From Pseudomonadota bacterium (GTDB lineage Archaea; Thermoplasmatota; SW-10-69-26; JACQPN01; JAJPHT01), in contig JAJPHT010000039.1 of NCBI GenBank assembly GCA_021325135.1, positions 1 to 64,000 on the forward strand: a DNA stretch of 64,000 nucleotides, in the 5' to 3' direction. This document shows, piece after piece, positions 35,769-44,490 of the stretch. The translations under genes were made by a program, and so were the position numbers. The notes under the pieces were generated by a model. The model was not told the origin of the DNA and made no database searches. It saw nothing but the letters and a program-made list of their open reading frames with translations. Within the stretch, counting starts at the first letter, position 1; every line of letters begins with the position of its first letter.

Positions 35769-38189
35769 TTACGGCGTCGGCACCGGGATGGGCGTTCCTC
35801 CGGTGCCGGTCGTCGTTCCTGTGCCCGTCCCCGTGGGCGTCCCGCCGGTCGAAATGGGGATGCTCTTCCCCGTCACGTCCACCAGCGCCAGGGGCGGCAT
35901 CACCGGCGCGGGCGGCGGCAGAAGCGCGGGGTGGATCTTCTCCAGGTCCACCGCGAGCTTCAGCAGGCCCTGCAGCGCCTCGGCGTACGAGCCGGGCGCC
36001 GCGATCTGGATGAGCGTCGCCGCGCCGGGGTCCGCGAGCATCTGCTTGACCTCGGCGTCCGCGGCGTCGGCCTCCTTCACGATGAGCGCGCGGTTGCCCT
36101 CGAAGCCCACGATGGGCAGGCGCCAGATGGGGTGGTCCCCGTTGAACGAGTCGAACTGCGGGACGTCGTCGCGCAGCGAGGGCTCCAGGAGCGCCGCCTG
36201 GCAGAGGAGGCCGAAGTAGTACGTCTTGTTGTGGTTGACGTGCTGGAGCAGCGGGTCCGCGTCCGTGATGACGATGGGCGGCGGCACCTCGAAGGAGGGC
36301 GTCGCCGTCGCGGTCGGGGTGCCATCATCCGCGCGCAGCGTGCTGCCCAGCGGGATCGTCAGGCGGCGGCGGTAGCCCGAGGCCGTGACGAACGCCAGCT
36401 CGACGCGGTTGACCTGCGCGAAGTTGGGGATGGAGAGGTTGCCCAGCACCGTGAGGTCGGGGCCCAGCGTGAGGTCCATCTGCGCGCCCGTGAGGTCGGA
36501 GGCCGGGGCGGGCACGTTGAGGCGGATCGTCTGCGTCGCGCGGGTCGTGCCGGGGCGCAGGCTGAACGTCGTCGTGCCGTCGCCCACCGCGACGTCCACG
36601 GTGGCGCCGCCGCTGCCCACGCCGTAGTCCAGCGTCACGTCCACCGCGACGACGGGCAGGTTCGCGCCGCGGCGCACGTCCACGGCGGCCGCCAGCGTGT
36701 CGAAGTGCGGCCGCAGCTTGCGCTCCAGGAGGTTGGGCTCGAAGATGCGCCGCAGGTCGACGATCTGCTCGTCGGTGAAGAGGTACGCCTGGCCTGGCTG
36801 GCTGAGGTCCGCGATGGTCTCGCTCTCCACCTCCAGCACGTCCTCGACGTGGGTGCAGACCATGTAGTTCTCGTACATCGTCCAGCGGATGAGGTTCGTG
36901 ACGCGCGAGAGCAGCGGCGAGACCTTGCCCAGCGTGCTGGTCACGGCGTCGGAGAGGTCGCGCTGCGTGGACTGCGCGAGGCGCGTCGCCTGGTTCACCA
37001 GCGTCTTCGCGGCGTGGAGCGAGGAGTTGACGTCCAGCGACGTGTCGACGTGGCTGTGCGAGGTCGCGGTCGCCGTGACCTTCACGTCCGCGCCGCCACC
37101 GCCGAAGGCGAACGGAGGCAGGAAGAACCCGCCGCCGCCCGCGAGCGCCGTCGTGCGGACGCTGGTGGCGAGGCTCGTGACCGCGTCCACGCTGCCCACG
37201 CTGTGGAGGCCGTTCACGACGTCCTCGGTCGCGCGGGAGACCAGCTCGTCCACGCTGCGCGTCGCGTTCTGCACGAGCTTCTCGGCGGTCTGCGTCGTCT
37301 CCTTGAGGATGGAACCCGGGTCCAGGGGCTCAAGCTGCGTCAGCTCGCCCAGCGTGTAGCCCAGGAAGTTCCACTCCTGCCGGACGCGCACGAGGTAGCG
37401 GCGCGGGGGCTTGCCGTTGACGGACGCGCCGATGCGCGGGACGACGAGGCGCTTCACCAGCGGCACGCGGCGCTTGCGGAAGTCCGTCTCGTCGCCGCCC
37501 ATCTGGCCCAGGATCGGGTCGTTGACGGGCCCGAGCAGCTTCGTCAAGTCCTGGCAGAGGTCCGTCGTGAAGTCCGCCGGCAGGCGGTCCAGCGGGTTGT
37601 CCGTGAGCGGCACCGACGCGATGGCCTTCTGCGCGGTGGAGGCCACGCTCGTCACCTCAATGGGCACCTCCACGGGCGGGTCGATGGTGAGGTCCATGAC
37701 CTGGTGCTGCTTGCCCATGGGGATGTTCACGGGGCGCGTGATGGCGGGGGCGCCCTTGCGGAGGATCTCCACCGTGCCGTTGGAGGGCGTCGACGGCATG
37801 TCGCCCATCATGTTGCCCGACATCGCGGGGAAGAGGAGGAGGGCGGCGCCGCGGCGGTCCGTCGTCGTCTCGTCGCGCAGGTCGCTCCCCTGGAGAAGCC
37901 GCACGCGCAGGCCGGGCACGGGGTCGCCCGACGCGGTGCGCGCCAGGAGGAGGACGACGGGCTGCTTGCGGCCGTCCATGGCCGTCGTGGCCTTGCTGGC
38001 GAGCTTCGCGGGCCGGTCGACGAAGGGGCGAAGGCCGTGCGGGTCCTCCAGGCGCCGCGTGAACTGCGCGCGCAGCTTGGGGGTGAACGTCTTGACCGGC
38101 GAAGGCTGGGGCGCGGGCGCCGGGCCCGCCCTCACGGGCTTCGTCGCGATGGGCTCTCGGGCCGGGCGCTTGCTGGCGGTGGGCGGCAT
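35769..38189 (-). CDS. Large hypothetical protein (806 aa) with helical region and Gly/Phe hydrophobic hairpin
   Basis: Coding-like codon usage; QEWNFLGYTLGEL, AGGGGFFLPPFAFGGGGA, LLQHVNHNKTYY, GT-rich tail. Confidence 0.75.
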   Translation of the reverse strand: MPPTASKRPAREPIATKPVRAGPAPAPQPSPVKTFTPKLRAQFTRRLEDPHGLRPFVDRPAKLASKATTAMDGRKQPVVLLLARTASGDPVPGLRVRLLQGSDLRDETTTDRRGAALLLFPAMSGNMMGDMPSTPSNGTVEILRKGAPAITRPVNIPMGKQHQVMDLTIDPPVEVPIEVTSVASTAQKAIASVPLTDNPLDRLPADFTTDLCQDLTKLLGPVNDPILGQMGGDETDFRKRRVPLVKRLVVPRIGASVNGKPPRRYLVRVRQEWNFLGYTLGELTQLEPLDPGSILKETTQTAEKLVQNATRSVDELVSRATEDVVNGLHSVGSVDAVTSLATSVRTTALAGGGGFFLPPFAFGGGGADVKVTATATSHSHVDTSLDVNSSLHAAKTLVNQATRLAQSTQRDLSDAVTSTLGKVSPLLSRVTNLIRWTMYENYMVCTHVEDVLEVESETIADLSQPGQAYLFTDEQIVDLRRIFEPNLLERKLRPHFDTLAAAVDVRRGANLPVVAVDVTLDYGVGSGGATVDVAVGDGTTTFSLRPGTTRATQTIRLNVPAPASDLTGAQMDLTLGPDLTVLGNLSIPNFAQVNRVELAFVTASGYRRRLTIPLGSTLRADDGTPTATATPSFEVPPPIVITDADPLLQHVNHNKTYYFGLLCQAALLEPSLRDDVPQFDSFNGDHPIWRLPIVGFEGNRALIVKEADAADAEVKQMLADPGAATLIQIAAPGSYAEALQGLLKLAVDLEKIHPALLPPPAPVMPPLALVDVTGKSIPISTGGTPTGTGTGTTTGTGGTPIPVPTP

Positions 38190-38370
38190 GGTTCTCCGCC
38201 GGCCGGACGAGCATGGCCTCGTGAATCCCCTCCGGGGCGCACGCCGCCCGGCTGCGCGCACGGGGGATATCATGCACCCGCGGCGCCATCCAAGACGGAC
38301 AGCGGCAGGACGCCCCGGAGTCGTCCGGCGTGGGAAACGCTTTTTCCCTCCCCCGCCCGGTGAGGCCGCG

Positions 38371-38745
38371 ATGCCCGCCCTCTTCACGCCGGCCTTCTTC
38401 GACGAGCTGGTCAAGCGCCTCAACAACGACGCGGACTTCAAGCAGAAGGCCGGGAGCATCGCGGCCACGGTGCTCATGGTGAACACCGACAGCAAGACCT
38501 CCTTCATCCTCACGCTCAACAAGGGCAGCGCGTCGTGGTCGCCGGGCGCGGCGGACAGCAAGGCGGACTTCACGTTCCTGGGCGACTCCGCGACGTGGCT
38601 CTCCAACCACAAGGGCGAGGCGCCCATGGAGAAGCTCGTCATGACGGGGAAGCTGAAGTTCAAGGGCAGCATCCCCAAGATCATGGGCCTGCGCTCGCAG
38701 CTTGGCGTCATCGACCGGATCGCGCAGGGCGTGCCGCTGGAGTAA
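38371..38745 (+). CDS. SCP2 sterol/lipid-binding domain protein
   Basis: ADFTFLGDSATW...LVMTGKLKFKGSIPKIM. Confidence 0.85.
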   Translation: MPALFTPAFFDELVKRLNNDADFKQKAGSIAATVLMVNTDSKTSFILTLNKGSASWSPGAADSKADFTFLGDSATWLSNHKGEAPMEKLVMTGKLKFKGSIPKIMGLRSQLGVIDRIAQGVPLE

Positions 38746-38748
38746 GGC

Positions 38749-39291
38749 CTAGAGCTTCAGACGGCCTTTCCTGCGGGTGGCTGCGGGCAGCTCCCCACGC
38801 TCAGCGAGATGCACCGCGAGCCGGCTGATGATTGCCACGAGCTCGTCCTCGCTCTCCCAGTTGATGGTCGTCACGAACGGCTCGCTGGCGTGGCCTTCGT
38901 GCTCATTGCTGACGACCTGGCTCAGCGGGAAGTCCACGTGGGTGAGGATGGCGCGCTTCCGGGCTCCCTCGGGTTGGCGCGCCTGGATGTCGCTGAACTC
39001 GCTGCTCCAGCCGCCCTCCCGGCCCCAGGGAGCGGCCACGTAGACGGTGAAGTCGCTGACCTCTTCGAGCCTGCGGGTCATGGGGGCCGGACGCAGGCCC
39101 GGCGCAAGCTCCTGCGCCCGAGGGTGGCGCTGGGTGTAGGCGTCAAAGCCCAAGGCGCGGAGACGGTCTTGGACCCGGTCGAGGAGGTCGCGCGCATCCC
39201 TCCCCGCGCCCTGGATGTCGCGGAAGGATCCGCAGATGTAGATCCGGAATGGCTGTTCCTTCTCATCGGGAGAGGGAAGCGTGTCCGGCAT
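38749..39291 (-). CDS. Hypothetical protein, nucleoside-deoxyribosyltransferase/TIR-like fold
   Basis: IYICGSF, LRALGFDAY, SDFTVYVA, GGWSSEF; atypical codon usage. Confidence 0.55.
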   Translation of the reverse strand: MPDTLPSPDEKEQPFRIYICGSFRDIQGAGRDARDLLDRVQDRLRALGFDAYTQRHPRAQELAPGLRPAPMTRRLEEVSDFTVYVAAPWGREGGWSSEFSDIQARQPEGARKRAILTHVDFPLSQVVSNEHEGHASEPFVTTINWESEDELVAIISRLAVHLAERGELPAATRRKGRLKL

Positions 39292-39537
39292 GACGACGAA
39301 AAAACCGTGGGGGAACCATCAAGGTTCCGTCTCTCGTCAGATGTTGAGCGAAAATTCAATCTCTGCTGTAGACTTCTGGAGCGTTGTTGAGAACGCCAAA
39401 TGCCTTGCCTGAGGGCCCCAAAAGGCTATCCGGAATCGCACCTGGGCGTCGTATTGAAATTCCGTTCAGTCTATGACTGTGCGAGAAGGTAGTTGAAGGG
39501 CCTTTCAGACCCTTCCAGCCCTTCAGGAGGACCTCAC

Positions 39538-39879
39538 GTGCCAAAGCTTCCGCCCCGTGCCCGCTATGAGCTCATCCAGGCGGTCATCCGAGCGTTCGAC
39601 AGCCCTACGCGCCAGAAGCTCATGGGGCACCTGTTCGAGGCAGGGAAGGATGGCCTGCGAACATCGGACCTCGCACGGCTCACGGGGGAGCGGGCCGACA
39701 CCGTGCGGAAGGCGCTTCAAGTGCTGGAGCAGGCGCTTCTGGTAGCGAACCAAGTGGGCCGCGATGAGAGCGGCGTGTTCAGCCGCTACGTCATCACGGA
39801 TTATGGCGACGAATGGTTCGACCGGAAGATGGGCCTTGCCGAAGGCAGGCGCGCTCTCCCGCTCGTCGCGGAAGCCTGA
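39538..39879 (+). CDS. ArsR-like winged-helix regulator
   Basis: GGAGG SD and GTG start; FDSPTRQKLM, TSDLARLTG, ALQVLEQALLV, YVITDYG. Confidence 0.8.
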   Translation: MPKLPPRARYELIQAVIRAFDSPTRQKLMGHLFEAGKDGLRTSDLARLTGERADTVRKALQVLEQALLVANQVGRDESGVFSRYVITDYGDEWFDRKMGLAEGRRALPLVAEA

Positions 39880-39887
39880 GCGGTCTC

Positions 39888-40886
39888 CTACTCCTCGAAG
39901 TCGTCCGTGCGCGCGTACGACATCATGGGCGCGGGCGCCTGCTCGTTGGGGCGCTCGTGGAGGCTGAAGGGGAGCGTGAAGCCGCGCTTCTGCTCCTGCA
40001 TCTCCAGGGGCTCCACCGTGACCTTGAGCTGGAAGTACTGGTCCACGATGGCCTCCAGCATCTCGCCCAGGAAGATGGGGAGAAGCGGGTAGTGCATCTC
40101 GCGGAGGCTGTGCACGGCGTCGAAGTCCGCGAGGCCCACGACCTCCAGCGCGTAGTGCTCGCCGCGCTTCGCGACGTGGATCTTCTCGGCGTAGCCCATG
40201 GCCTCCAGGCGGCCGTAGAACTCGTTCAACGCGCGGATGGGCTCCTTGCTCTTGGGCGGGAGCCAGCCGCGCTTGTAGCCGTACTCCAGCATGCGCAGCG
40301 CGGCGTTCTTCACCACGTTGCGGCCCGCGAAGCCGAACGTCTTGTTGATGGCCGCGAAGAGGCCGTAGGACACGGCGCTCATCATCTGGTGGTCCACGTG
40401 CCCGGGCTTGGCAGGGGGCGGGGGCGGGGCCAGGGCGGGGGCGGGCTCGTTGAGGGGGCGGAAGATGGGCGTCGCGGCGAGGCTCGTCGTCGGGATGGCC
40501 TTCTTCTTGGGGGCCTTGGCGGGGGCCGCCGCCTTCGCGGCCGGGGCGGCGGGAGCCGGGGGCGGCGCGGGCGCAGGCGCGGGAGGGGCCGGCTTGGCCG
40601 GGGGCGCGGGCGCCTTGGCGGCGGGCTTGGCGGGAGGAGAGGGCTTCGGAGCCGGGGCGGGCTTCGCCACTGGCTTGGGCGCGGCCTTGGCCGGGGGCGC
40701 CGCCGCCTTCTTGGGCGGAGCGGGCTTCGGGGCCGGCTTGGGCTTCGGCTTGGGGGCCGCCTTCTTGGGGGCGGGCTTCTTCGCCGCGGGCTTGGCCTTC
40801 GCGGCGGGCTTTTTGGGAGGGGCCTTTTTTGCGGCCGGTTTCTTCGACTTGGAGGCCTTCGCGGCGCTCTTCTTGCCGGTCGCCAT
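39888..40886 (-). CDS. Histone-H1-like K/A/P-rich N-terminus fused to a globular (V4R-like) domain
   Basis: About 130 aa of KKPAAK/PAKP repeats followed by a folded alpha/beta domain. Confidence 0.75.
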   Translation of the reverse strand: MATGKKSAAKASKSKKPAAKKAPPKKPAAKAKPAAKKPAPKKAAPKPKPKPAPKPAPPKKAAAPPAKAAPKPVAKPAPAPKPSPPAKPAAKAPAPPAKPAPPAPAPAPPPAPAAPAAKAAAPAKAPKKKAIPTTSLAATPIFRPLNEPAPALAPPPPPAKPGHVDHQMMSAVSYGLFAAINKTFGFAGRNVVKNAALRMLEYGYKRGWLPPKSKEPIRALNEFYGRLEAMGYAEKIHVAKRGEHYALEVVGLADFDAVHSLREMHYPLLPIFLGEMLEAIVDQYFQLKVTVEPLEMQEQKRGFTLPFSLHERPNEQAPAPMMSYARTDDFEE

Positions 40887-40973
40887 GTTCAACCCTTTAT
40901 ATCTCGGCAGGCCGGGATGGGGGAACGACGGGCAAGAGGCTTTCGTTCCGTGTTCCAGCGGAAGCGCGGGCCC

Positions 40974-41210
40974 CTACTCCGGCCGTTCGGAGGGGAAGTC
41001 GCTCTCCGCGGCGAACCCCGCGTCCACCAAGGCGTGCTCCAGCGAGTGGGCCGCGAAGTAGAGGTCGAGGGCCTCCGACACGGCCTCGCTGATGGGCTTG
41101 CCGGTGAGGACCTTCACGGAATGCAGCTTCACGTGGTGCCCCACCGGGATCTTCACCTTGACTTCCTTCTCCTTCGTCCACACGTCGTGCTCTGGTTGGT
41201 CCGTCGACAC
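40974..41210 (-). CDS. Ribbon-helix-helix DNA-binding protein
   Basis: KEVKVKIP...KLHSVKVLTGKPISEAVSEALDLYF; GGAG SD. Confidence 0.75.
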   Translation of the reverse strand: MSTDQPEHDVWTKEKEVKVKIPVGHHVKLHSVKVLTGKPISEAVSEALDLYFAAHSLEHALVDAGFAAESDFPSERPE

Positions 41211-41520
41211 GATGGTCTCCCCCGAGACAGCCCGGCAAGCGGGCCGGGCCAAGCTCGTGGGTTGTCTGTTGTCTACAAAAACTTTGGCGGTTGTTCCCCT
41301 CGCCCGCATCCGATCGGCTGCACCGCGGACGTGGGACCTTCGCCCGTTGGCTGCCAGGGACTTGAACCCGTGCGCCCCAACCCTCGTCGGGCCGGTGGGC
41401 GCGGCGCCTTCCCCCGAAAGCTCACTTGCCGGCGGCATTGCGGCCGGCTCGCCGCGCCCATGGCCTGCCCCCGCGGAAGGAACCCAGCGGTTAAATCGAA
41501 CGGCAGGCATCGAGCGCCCC

Positions 41521-42045
41521 ATGAAGCGCCACCGCGTGCCCGAGTTCGGCATGCTGCAACGGCAGCTTCCCGCGGGCCTCCACCCGTACCTGCGCGTGCT
41601 GCCGGGCGCGGCGGAGAGCCCGGGCCTCCGGCGCATCGAGCCGGACGACGCCAAGCGGAAGCAGCTTCTCGCCGACGCCCTCGTCTTCATCAAGCCGGGT
41701 GGCGGCTTCGCCTACGTCGACGTGGAGACGCCCTGCATTGTGCTCGCGGAGGAGTACTACCGGACGGGCTCCGACATGGACCTGTACATGGACATGCTCC
41801 ACGAGCTGACGCACATCCGCCAGCACCACGAGGGGCGCGACCTGTGGGACGAGCGATACGAGTATGTCGACCGCCCCACGGAGATCGAGGGGTACGCCGT
41901 CGCGGTGGAGGAGGGCCGGCGCCTGGGCATGACCGACGAGGACGTCATCGACCACCTCACCAACCCGTGGATGGACGAGGAGGACGTGCTGCGCCTCCTG
42001 CGCCACACCCAGGAGTTCCTGGCGAAGGAGCCACCCGTGGGCTGA
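41521..42045 (+). CDS. Zincin-like HExxH protein
   Basis: LHELTHIRQ...YVDRPTEIEGY; GGTTAAAT ~28 nt upstream. Confidence 0.75.
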   Translation: MKRHRVPEFGMLQRQLPAGLHPYLRVLPGAAESPGLRRIEPDDAKRKQLLADALVFIKPGGGFAYVDVETPCIVLAEEYYRTGSDMDLYMDMLHELTHIRQHHEGRDLWDERYEYVDRPTEIEGYAVAVEEGRRLGMTDEDVIDHLTNPWMDEEDVLRLLRHTQEFLAKEPPVG

Positions 42046-43746
42046 TCAGGTCCCTGGCAGCGGGATCGGGCGCAGCTCCACGAACGAGGAGTCCGCCGGA
42101 TAACAGGGGATCAGGACCTCGCCCTCGCCCGGGAACGCCTGCTGGCCGGGGAAGCGCGCGAAGCCCGGTCCGTCCGGGGCGGCCATCGCCACCAGGCGTG
42201 AATCGGCGTCTGTCGCGTTGAAGCGCAGCGCCCAGACCGCGTCGCCGTCCGCTTGGAGGATGCGCAGGTGGAGGGCCGCCAGCGTTGCGTTGGCGAGGGG
42301 CGCCTCGGCCGATGCGCGCCAGTCCTCCAGCGTCCCGTTGGGCAGCCGCGTCGCGTACCAGGCCGTGCCGCCATCGGGGTCGAAGGCCATGCGCGCCGAT
42401 CCGGGCCCCGGACCCACGACGGTCGCGGCGCCATTGGCCGCAAGACGCACCAGGGTGGGCTCGGCCGGGTCGCCGGTCCAGTAGAACCCCTCGTCGCGCG
42501 CCGCGTTCCACGACAGGGCGGAGACGGGGAACGGAACGGTTCCCACGACGCGGCTCGTGTCGCCGACCCACGCCACCGCGCCGGCGCCGTTGGCAAGGCC
42601 CAAGGCCAGGACGCTGCCGTCCGAGCGGCACGCGAGGCTCACCGCGAAGAAGCCCAGCGGCGAGAGGTCGTACGAGCTGCGGTCGCCGCCGCGCGCCATG
42701 AGCCACGACGAGCGCCCGTCGGTGCGCACCACCCACGTCATGCCGCCGCGCTGGCAGGCGTCCAAGAGACTGTCGGAGCCCGGCGCCGTCACGATGGCGT
42801 CCGCGGGAGGCGGAGGGAGGATGGACGCGGCGGCGCGGTCCGACGCCGCCTGAAGGGCGACGCGCCACCCGGCGACGAGGTCGGGCTCCGACGCGCCGCA
42901 GCGCTCGAACAGGGCTCTCCCGAGGCCGCCCGACGGGGGACTTGGCGTGGGGTCCACGACGGGCCCCGGCGTGTGGGAGACGGGAACGGCGCGGACCTGA
43001 GAGGCGACCAGGGTCGTGGCGGGTCCGATGGCCTCGACCAGGTCGATCCACGGCGGCGACGACAGGTTGCAACGCGTCGCCAGGTAGCGCAGCGCAAGCT
43101 CGCCGCCGAAGTGGACTGCCTTGGAGCGGTTCTCAGGCGAGACGTCGTCGAAGACCCGGGCGAAGCTGGGCACCGGCGCGTGGTCGAGCAGGATGCGCGC
43201 CGCGCCGACGACCTCCTCCGGCGGCATCTCGCCCTCGCCGCGCGCCTCCCACGTCGCGCCGCCTTCGAGGATCCAATCCGGGACGTGCCGGGTCCCGGCA
43301 TCGTGCGCCCGCTCGAACTGGAAGACGTGCACCAGCTCGTGCGTGAGCGACCCCGTGTGGTTGGTCGGGCGCGGGGGGCTCAGCGGCATCCACGCGATGG
43401 GGAGCGTCGGCAGCCAGATGCGCGCGCCATCGCCGGGGTTCGCCTCCATCTGCGCGGGGAACCCGCGGAGCCGGGTGCCATCCGGCGCGGGCGGCGGCTG
43501 CGGCAGGTAGGCCCACACGTCCACCGGCCCGCGCAGCGTCTGGTTGAGGGCGCGCGACAGGTTCGCTGCCGCGCCCAGCGCCTCGGCCTCGAGGCCGGGG
43601 AACTCGGCGACGTCGCGCTCGGGCACGTGGAACCGGAACGCCCCGGCGCTCCACTCGCGCCAGCCGGAGTCCGTCCGGAAGATGCCTCCGAGACACCCGG
43701 GCAGGACCAGCGCGGCCAGGAGGGCCGCGGCGACAAGCCTCCTCAC
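42046..43746 (-). CDS. Lipoprotein with peptidase MA-like domain
   Basis: LPGC lipobox; THELVH...PDWILEGGA gluzincin motif. Confidence 0.7.
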   Translation of the reverse strand: MRRLVAAALLAALVLPGCLGGIFRTDSGWREWSAGAFRFHVPERDVAEFPGLEAEALGAAANLSRALNQTLRGPVDVWAYLPQPPPAPDGTRLRGFPAQMEANPGDGARIWLPTLPIAWMPLSPPRPTNHTGSLTHELVHVFQFERAHDAGTRHVPDWILEGGATWEARGEGEMPPEEVVGAARILLDHAPVPSFARVFDDVSPENRSKAVHFGGELALRYLATRCNLSSPPWIDLVEAIGPATTLVASQVRAVPVSHTPGPVVDPTPSPPSGGLGRALFERCGASEPDLVAGWRVALQAASDRAAASILPPPPADAIVTAPGSDSLLDACQRGGMTWVVRTDGRSSWLMARGGDRSSYDLSPLGFFAVSLACRSDGSVLALGLANGAGAVAWVGDTSRVVGTVPFPVSALSWNAARDEGFYWTGDPAEPTLVRLAANGAATVVGPGPGSARMAFDPDGGTAWYATRLPNGTLEDWRASAEAPLANATLAALHLRILQADGDAVWALRFNATDADSRLVAMAAPDGPGFARFPGQQAFPGEGEVLIPCYPADSSFVELRPIPLPGT

Positions 43747-43814
43747 AAGGCAGGCAAAGAGTGAACGGGTCAAGAACCCAACCGGCGCGAAGCGCTCGGG
43801 TCCCGCGCCAGAAG

Positions 43815-43886
43815 AGCCGCCTCGGGGAATCGAACCCCGGACCTACGCCTTACCAAGGCGTCGCTATACCTCTAAGCCAAGGCGGC
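43815..43886 (-). tRNA. tRNA-Thr(GGT)
   Basis: GCCGCCT acceptor stem, anticodon arm ACGCC-TTGGTAA-GGCGT, T-arm GGGGTTCGATTCCCC; CCA not encoded. Confidence 0.95.
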
Positions 43887-43972
43887 ACGACGTTTCCCAC
43901 CCGAGGGCGGGCACGCCGGGAGGCCTCGTCCCATTCATAAGCGTTTGGTCGGCCCAGGCTTCGGCCTGCGTC

Positions 43973-44230
43973 TCAGCGGAGGATCACGTCGGCGCGGTGG
44001 ATCGTCTCGCGGGCGAGGGGGACGTGGAGCGCCTCGTGGTGCTTCACGATGGCCGCCGCGTCGGGCGCCTCCAGGATGCAGTGCATCTCGCGCCCCTCCT
44101 GGTCGATGACGATGCCGCGGTCGACGACGCCGAAGTCGTCCTTGGCGCCGCTGCGCACGCGCGACTCGACGGTGCGGCGCAGGTCGTTCGGGAGATCCGT
44201 GCCCTGGTGCGTGTCCATGAAGACGGGCAT
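43973..44230 (-). CDS. DUF4242/SCO4226-like metal-binding protein
   Basis: MPVFMDTH...MHCILEAPDAAAIVKHHE. Confidence 0.8.
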   Translation of the reverse strand: MPVFMDTHQGTDLPNDLRRTVESRVRSGAKDDFGVVDRGIVIDQEGREMHCILEAPDAAAIVKHHEALHVPLARETIHRADVILR

Positions 44231-44288
44231 GGGACCCCGGAGGGGCGCCCCAGGGAAACGCCTGTCGGATTTCCGGCTGGCGGGGCGC

Positions 44289-44490
44289 CTACTCGCGCCC
44301 TTGGGCGGCAAGCTGGGGGATGCGCCACGGCGCGAGGAGCCAGACGAGGATCCCCTCCGCGCCGGCTGCAAAATCAGCCGGCACTTTCGTTGTGCTGCCT
44401 CCGGCAGCACCTCTGCACGGGTGGTCGTCACTCCCGGCCCTGGACGGCAAGTTGAGGGATGCGCCACGGCGCGAGGAGCCAGACGAGGAT
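44289..44490. repeat. 63-bp duplication of the argF 3' end flanking a 76-bp two-hairpin insert
   Basis: Copies at 44289-44351 and 44428-44490: 35 bp identical, 8 differences in the remainder. Confidence 0.9.

Noticed and set aside
42046-43886. Island integrated at tRNA-Thr
   Set aside because: No integrase and no duplicated tRNA 3' end found in the window.
44289-44490. Possible DGR template/variable repeat pair
   Set aside because: Differences are at synonymous positions rather than adenine-specific, and no reverse transcriptase is present.
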